From Carcharhinus amblyrhynchos (taxonomy: Eukaryota), in contig OZ336872.1 of the NCBI GenBank assembly GCA_965287045.1, positions 33,728,001 to 33,792,000 of the forward strand: a DNA stretch of 64,000 bases. The letters are read 5' to 3'. Made by a program: the position numbers and the translations under genes. Under the pieces are notes generated by a model. It was not told the origin of the DNA. It was given only the letters and a program-made list of their open reading frames with translations, and did not search any database. Below, one piece after another: positions 61,490 through 64,000 of this stretch. The first letter of the stretch is position 1, and every line of letters begins with the position of its first letter.

Positions 61490-62976
61490 TCCAAATTCTC
61501 TTGAACTATCTAATTGCCTTCATCTCACCCCTCTTAATTAGTCTATCCTTAAATTTATTGGCAACCCATAAATCTTCACACCCACCCTAGGGGCGTTTGT
61601 TTCAAGTCTTTTTCAGAGAATATTCTGTGGCCTCTTTCATTGTGTAATCCTTCTTAAACTACAGATTCTACTTGCACTTTTATGCCTGTTGGGGACTATA
61701 AACTGCAAGATCTCCTTCTTTAACTGGGCTCTTTCTTCAGTGTACGATTGTGTTCTGGCACAAGAGTCACTTCTGGACTCGTCATCAGTACTTTGCTGTG
61801 CTTCAATACTTCCCACTCTTGCGCCCTATTCTGCCAGTCCATTGACTTCACTTCTTGGCCATTGTCCTGGTTTTTTCTGCATCTGCCAATTGTTGCATCC
61901 CTCCAATCACTTCACCCCTCTGGAATTAATATAACTCGGGCCCACTATGGCCAATCCACTTTAGATATAATAGTTCTGTTTTCAGGAACTTCACAAAATA
62001 CCTGAGCATTTGGCAGGCAAAATGTTTCATTTACTGCCATCAGCTGCTCAGTGTGTTGAGATTTTGTAATTAATCGTGAATAATTTGGTTGACGTATTTG
62101 GTAAGTACTCTTACCATCATGACTATTATCTGGTCTGGATCTTTTTACTCCCTATGTTCCTATCTTTTATAGTATACTAAATCTCCTGAATTGCAGTCTG
62201 CTTCAGATGGCCTTTTGCAATGTCTCGGAGCTCTCCGAATTTTCTGTGAGACCTCAGACTTGATGAAAGCCTGCAGGTAAAACTTTCAAATGTTCAGAAA
62301 TGAATCAAACCAATTGTAGTATTTTTGCAAGCAGGAGGACTATCACAAAGCTCAATAGGTAATTAGGATTTCAACTATAAACAGGCTAATAGGGACTGTA
62401 TCCTTTAACTATGCAGCAAATTCTTTGCATAAACCACTCATGCCAAGGCAGTTGTGAATTTGCTGTCTGGTTGATCAGTTCTGAGTTTATGCAGCATTTT
62501 ATCGATTACCACTGATTCCTTTCACAGAGTCTGTTGCTGAAAGGACTTTCAGCTGCAGTATTCATGACCAGAATGTTCAAGTCTTCCCAAGACACATGTC
62601 TCTAAAGTTGTCATTGACAAATTCCCCTCCATCATCAGTCAGAAAATTTGCTGGTGCTCCAAATCCAGACCCTATGCCTTTTTCCATGGTTTTGTCTTTA
62701 GCTGCACTGTATGTTATTGTAGAGAAACTGAATCTGGGCAAAGATCTACAAAATTTTGAACAAAGATACTTCTGGCTTCATCACTTACCTTTAGATTCTT
62801 TGTAATTACTTGTTAACATCATATTCCAGTGGAAGTGGGAGTCTGTTCCAATACTTTTTGTGTATTTCTCACTTTTGGTAATCTTGACTATCACCCTCAG
62901 ATACAATTCATCAAACACAGCTAGATCCTTTAGCAGGGTTTTTAACTTCTAGCAAATAGGGTGATCAGAAACAAAT

Positions 62977-63179
62977 GGGCTGGGTTTTGCCACCCCACCG
63001 CCCTCTCATGGCAGATTTTCCAGCAGCAGAAACGTCTCGCCATTTACCACTGATGAGATCTTCCAGTCGTGTCAAAGCCACATGCTTACAAACAACGCTG
63101 CTGGGGAACCTGCCAAGGGGGCTCGCTTTCAGTGGGACTGGAAGATGTATTCGGCGAGAATGGCTGGAAAATTCCACCC
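62977..63179. mobile_element. MITE inserted in Copia pol (related short MITEs at ~17921-18048, 26965-27145, 40096-40310, 58205-58320, 63317-63428)
   Basis: gggctgggtttt ... aaaattccaccc termini. Copia coding remnants resume on both sides. Confidence 0.6.
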
Positions 63180-63611
63180 ATGGCTTTGTTAAAGGGATAC
63201 AATAATGTCCTGCCTGGGTAGACAGCAGATCCAGTGACTTTACAATATAATTGCCTTATCATGCTACATGTCAGGTTGCATTTGTGCAACAGCATATGTA
63301 TTACACTAGAGACTATGGGCAAGATTCTCCAATCTTGTCCATGCCTCTCCCGCTGCACGTAAGAATGGAAAATTTAGCGTTCGAGCCAAAACTCCATTCA
63401 CTTCCAGTGGCACTGGAGAATTCCAGCTGTTAAGAGGGTTTTCAGGGTGTATTAGTACAGATAACATGGCTTACTCCAGCTATTTCACAGAAAATTACCA
63501 CTTTCTTTGGAGACCTCATGCATGTCATCACCAAACATCACGCAGATAGCATTTTTATACTAATTAATCTTGTATTGATTCTCACTACTCAGTAAACCTA
63601 GATAACACTTT

Positions 63612-64000
63612 AACATTTATATAGATGATCTGGAGGAGGGAACCGAGTGTGTGGTGTCGAAATTTGCTGATGACACCAAGATTGGTGGAACGGCAAATTG
63701 CACGGAGGGTGTGGAGAGTCTGCAGAAGGATCTAGATAGGCTGGGCGAATGGGCCAGGAACTGGCAAATGGAATTTAATGTTGGCAAGTGCGAGGTGGTC
63801 CACTTTGGTAGGAATAATGGTAGGAAGGACTATTACTTACATGGCGAAAAACTGCAGCAGGCGACGGTGCAGAGGGACCTCGGGGTCCTTGTGCATGAGT
63901 CGCAAAAACCCAGCCTGCAGGTGCAGCAGGTGGTCAGGAAGGCTAATGGGATGCTGGCCTTCATAGCGAAGGGGATTGAATATAAAAGTAGGGAGGTCTT
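63612..64000 (+). mobile_element. Young CR1 RT fragment, open to the window end, inserted in the Copia protease region
   Basis: IYIDDLEEGTECVVSKFADDTKIGG..LQKDLDRLGEWARNWQMEFNVGKCEVVHFG..KANGMLAFIAKGIEYKSREV with no stops. Confidence 0.92.

Larger units (their letters stand above)
59070..63610 (-). mobile_element. Degenerate Ty1/Copia (GalEa-like) LTR retrotransposon pol, interrupted by SINEs, MITEs and a duplication
   Basis: Minus-strand translations with stops and frameshifts, in order. Protease region KCYL..FGDD..KKVVIFCEIAGV / AGHYCIPL (63610-63180). Integrase GFGAPANFLTDDGGEFVNDNFRDMC / NTAAESPFSNRLCERN (62700-62500) and AFIKSEVSQKIRRA..SGDLVYYKR. RT VRLVAWGFEE..EVFLELPKEA..GLNDAFRVW..MFYWYHKGKL (60940-60500). 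RNase H SGASHANLPDG..GFIIFL.GENG..PLAWEAKKIKRIV..ETLA (59830-59650) and KEISKIKWVDASHQ (~59170). Confidence 0.85.

Noticed and set aside
53020-64000. Search for the transmembrane exon
   Set aside because: No WIIPL-type hydrophobic exon found. The candidate acceptor at ~57302 hits a stop within five codons in the required phase.
1-64000. CRISPR arrays, operons or other prokaryotic systems
   Set aside because: No repeat-spacer periodicity or gene-dense architecture. The window is a spliced vertebrate locus.

Overview
Eukaryotic, vertebrate DNA, most likely a shark (inferred from HE1-like V-SINEs, CR1/HER1-like LINEs, Deu-domain SINEs and Penelope-type repeats). The window lies inside one large + strand gene, PTPRG (receptor tyrosine phosphatase gamma). 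Four phase-compatible ectodomain exons are present: 19465-19649 and 38655-38763 (FN3 domain), 47600-47649, and the large Ser/Thr/acidic spacer exon 52242-53019. The carbonic-anhydrase and transmembrane/phosphatase exons were not found and presumably lie outside. The introns are dense with decayed transposons. Most notable observations: (i) a fossil Ty1/Copia (GalEa-like) element with PR-INT-RT-RNaseH order at ~58.8-63.6 kb, plus a matching solo LTR just behind the first FN3 exon; (ii) a candidate extra PTPRG exon (52028-52169) that stays in frame only via a second acceptor 7 nt downstream of the canonical one; (iii) an in-frame stop built into the large-exon donor, a possible route to a secreted ectodomain; (iv) a minimal hammerhead ribozyme motif in a Penelope fragment; (v) three local copy-paste duplications; (vi) PIF/Harbinger remnants and MITEs; (vii) a ~2.3 kb decayed minus-strand reading frame of unknown origin. 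No prokaryotic-type system is present. Family assignments come from manual translation and recalled consensus motifs, not database searches, and repeat boundaries are approximate.
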